Source: Amoeboradix gromovi X-113
Taxonomy: Eukaryota > Fungi > Sanchytriomycota
Reading direction: 5' to 3'
Length of the DNA stretch: 5,881 bases
Assembly: GCA_018985225.1 (NCBI GenBank)
Contig: JADGIF010000624.1
Coordinates: forward strand, 1 to 5,881
This document shows, one piece after another, positions 5,791 through 5,881 of this stretch (the first letter of the stretch is position 1; every line of letters starts with the position of its first letter). The translations under genes and the position numbers were made by a program. The notes beneath the pieces are model-generated. The model was not told the origin of the DNA, made no database searches, and saw only the letters and a list, made by a program, of their open reading frames with translations.

Positions 5791-5881
5791 CCTTTCTGTA
5801 ACAGCTTGGAACATTATTTCAGCTTTATTACTTTATGGATTCAAGAGGCGAGTGGACATTCAGCTAGTTGCGGAGTTGACG

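Noticed and set aside
5780-5881. Possible gene fragment at the right edge
   Set aside because: The frames on both strands are short and none is identifiable. The only ATG frame (5835) stops after 10 codons.

Overview
AT-rich eukaryotic DNA, most likely from a compact-genome early-diverging fungus or close relative (inference from gene content). Four intronless, tightly packed genes occupy 749..5709: a very short Sde2-family ubiquitin-fold splicing regulator (+), a FIBP homologue (-), an Iks1-family Ser/Thr kinase (+) and a Polo-like kinase (+). They are separated by only 10, 91 and 72 bp. The most striking unexplained structure is a 28-bp inverted repeat (26/28 identical, 90..117 and 5763..5790, ending in TA on both outer sides) that brackets the whole four-gene block. 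Further degenerate copies of the same unit lie at about 504..606, and a possible decayed Tc1/mariner-type helix-turn-helix reading frame lies at 270..557 on the minus strand. No rRNA, tRNA or CRISPR array is supported. Family assignments come from remembered motifs, not database searches.
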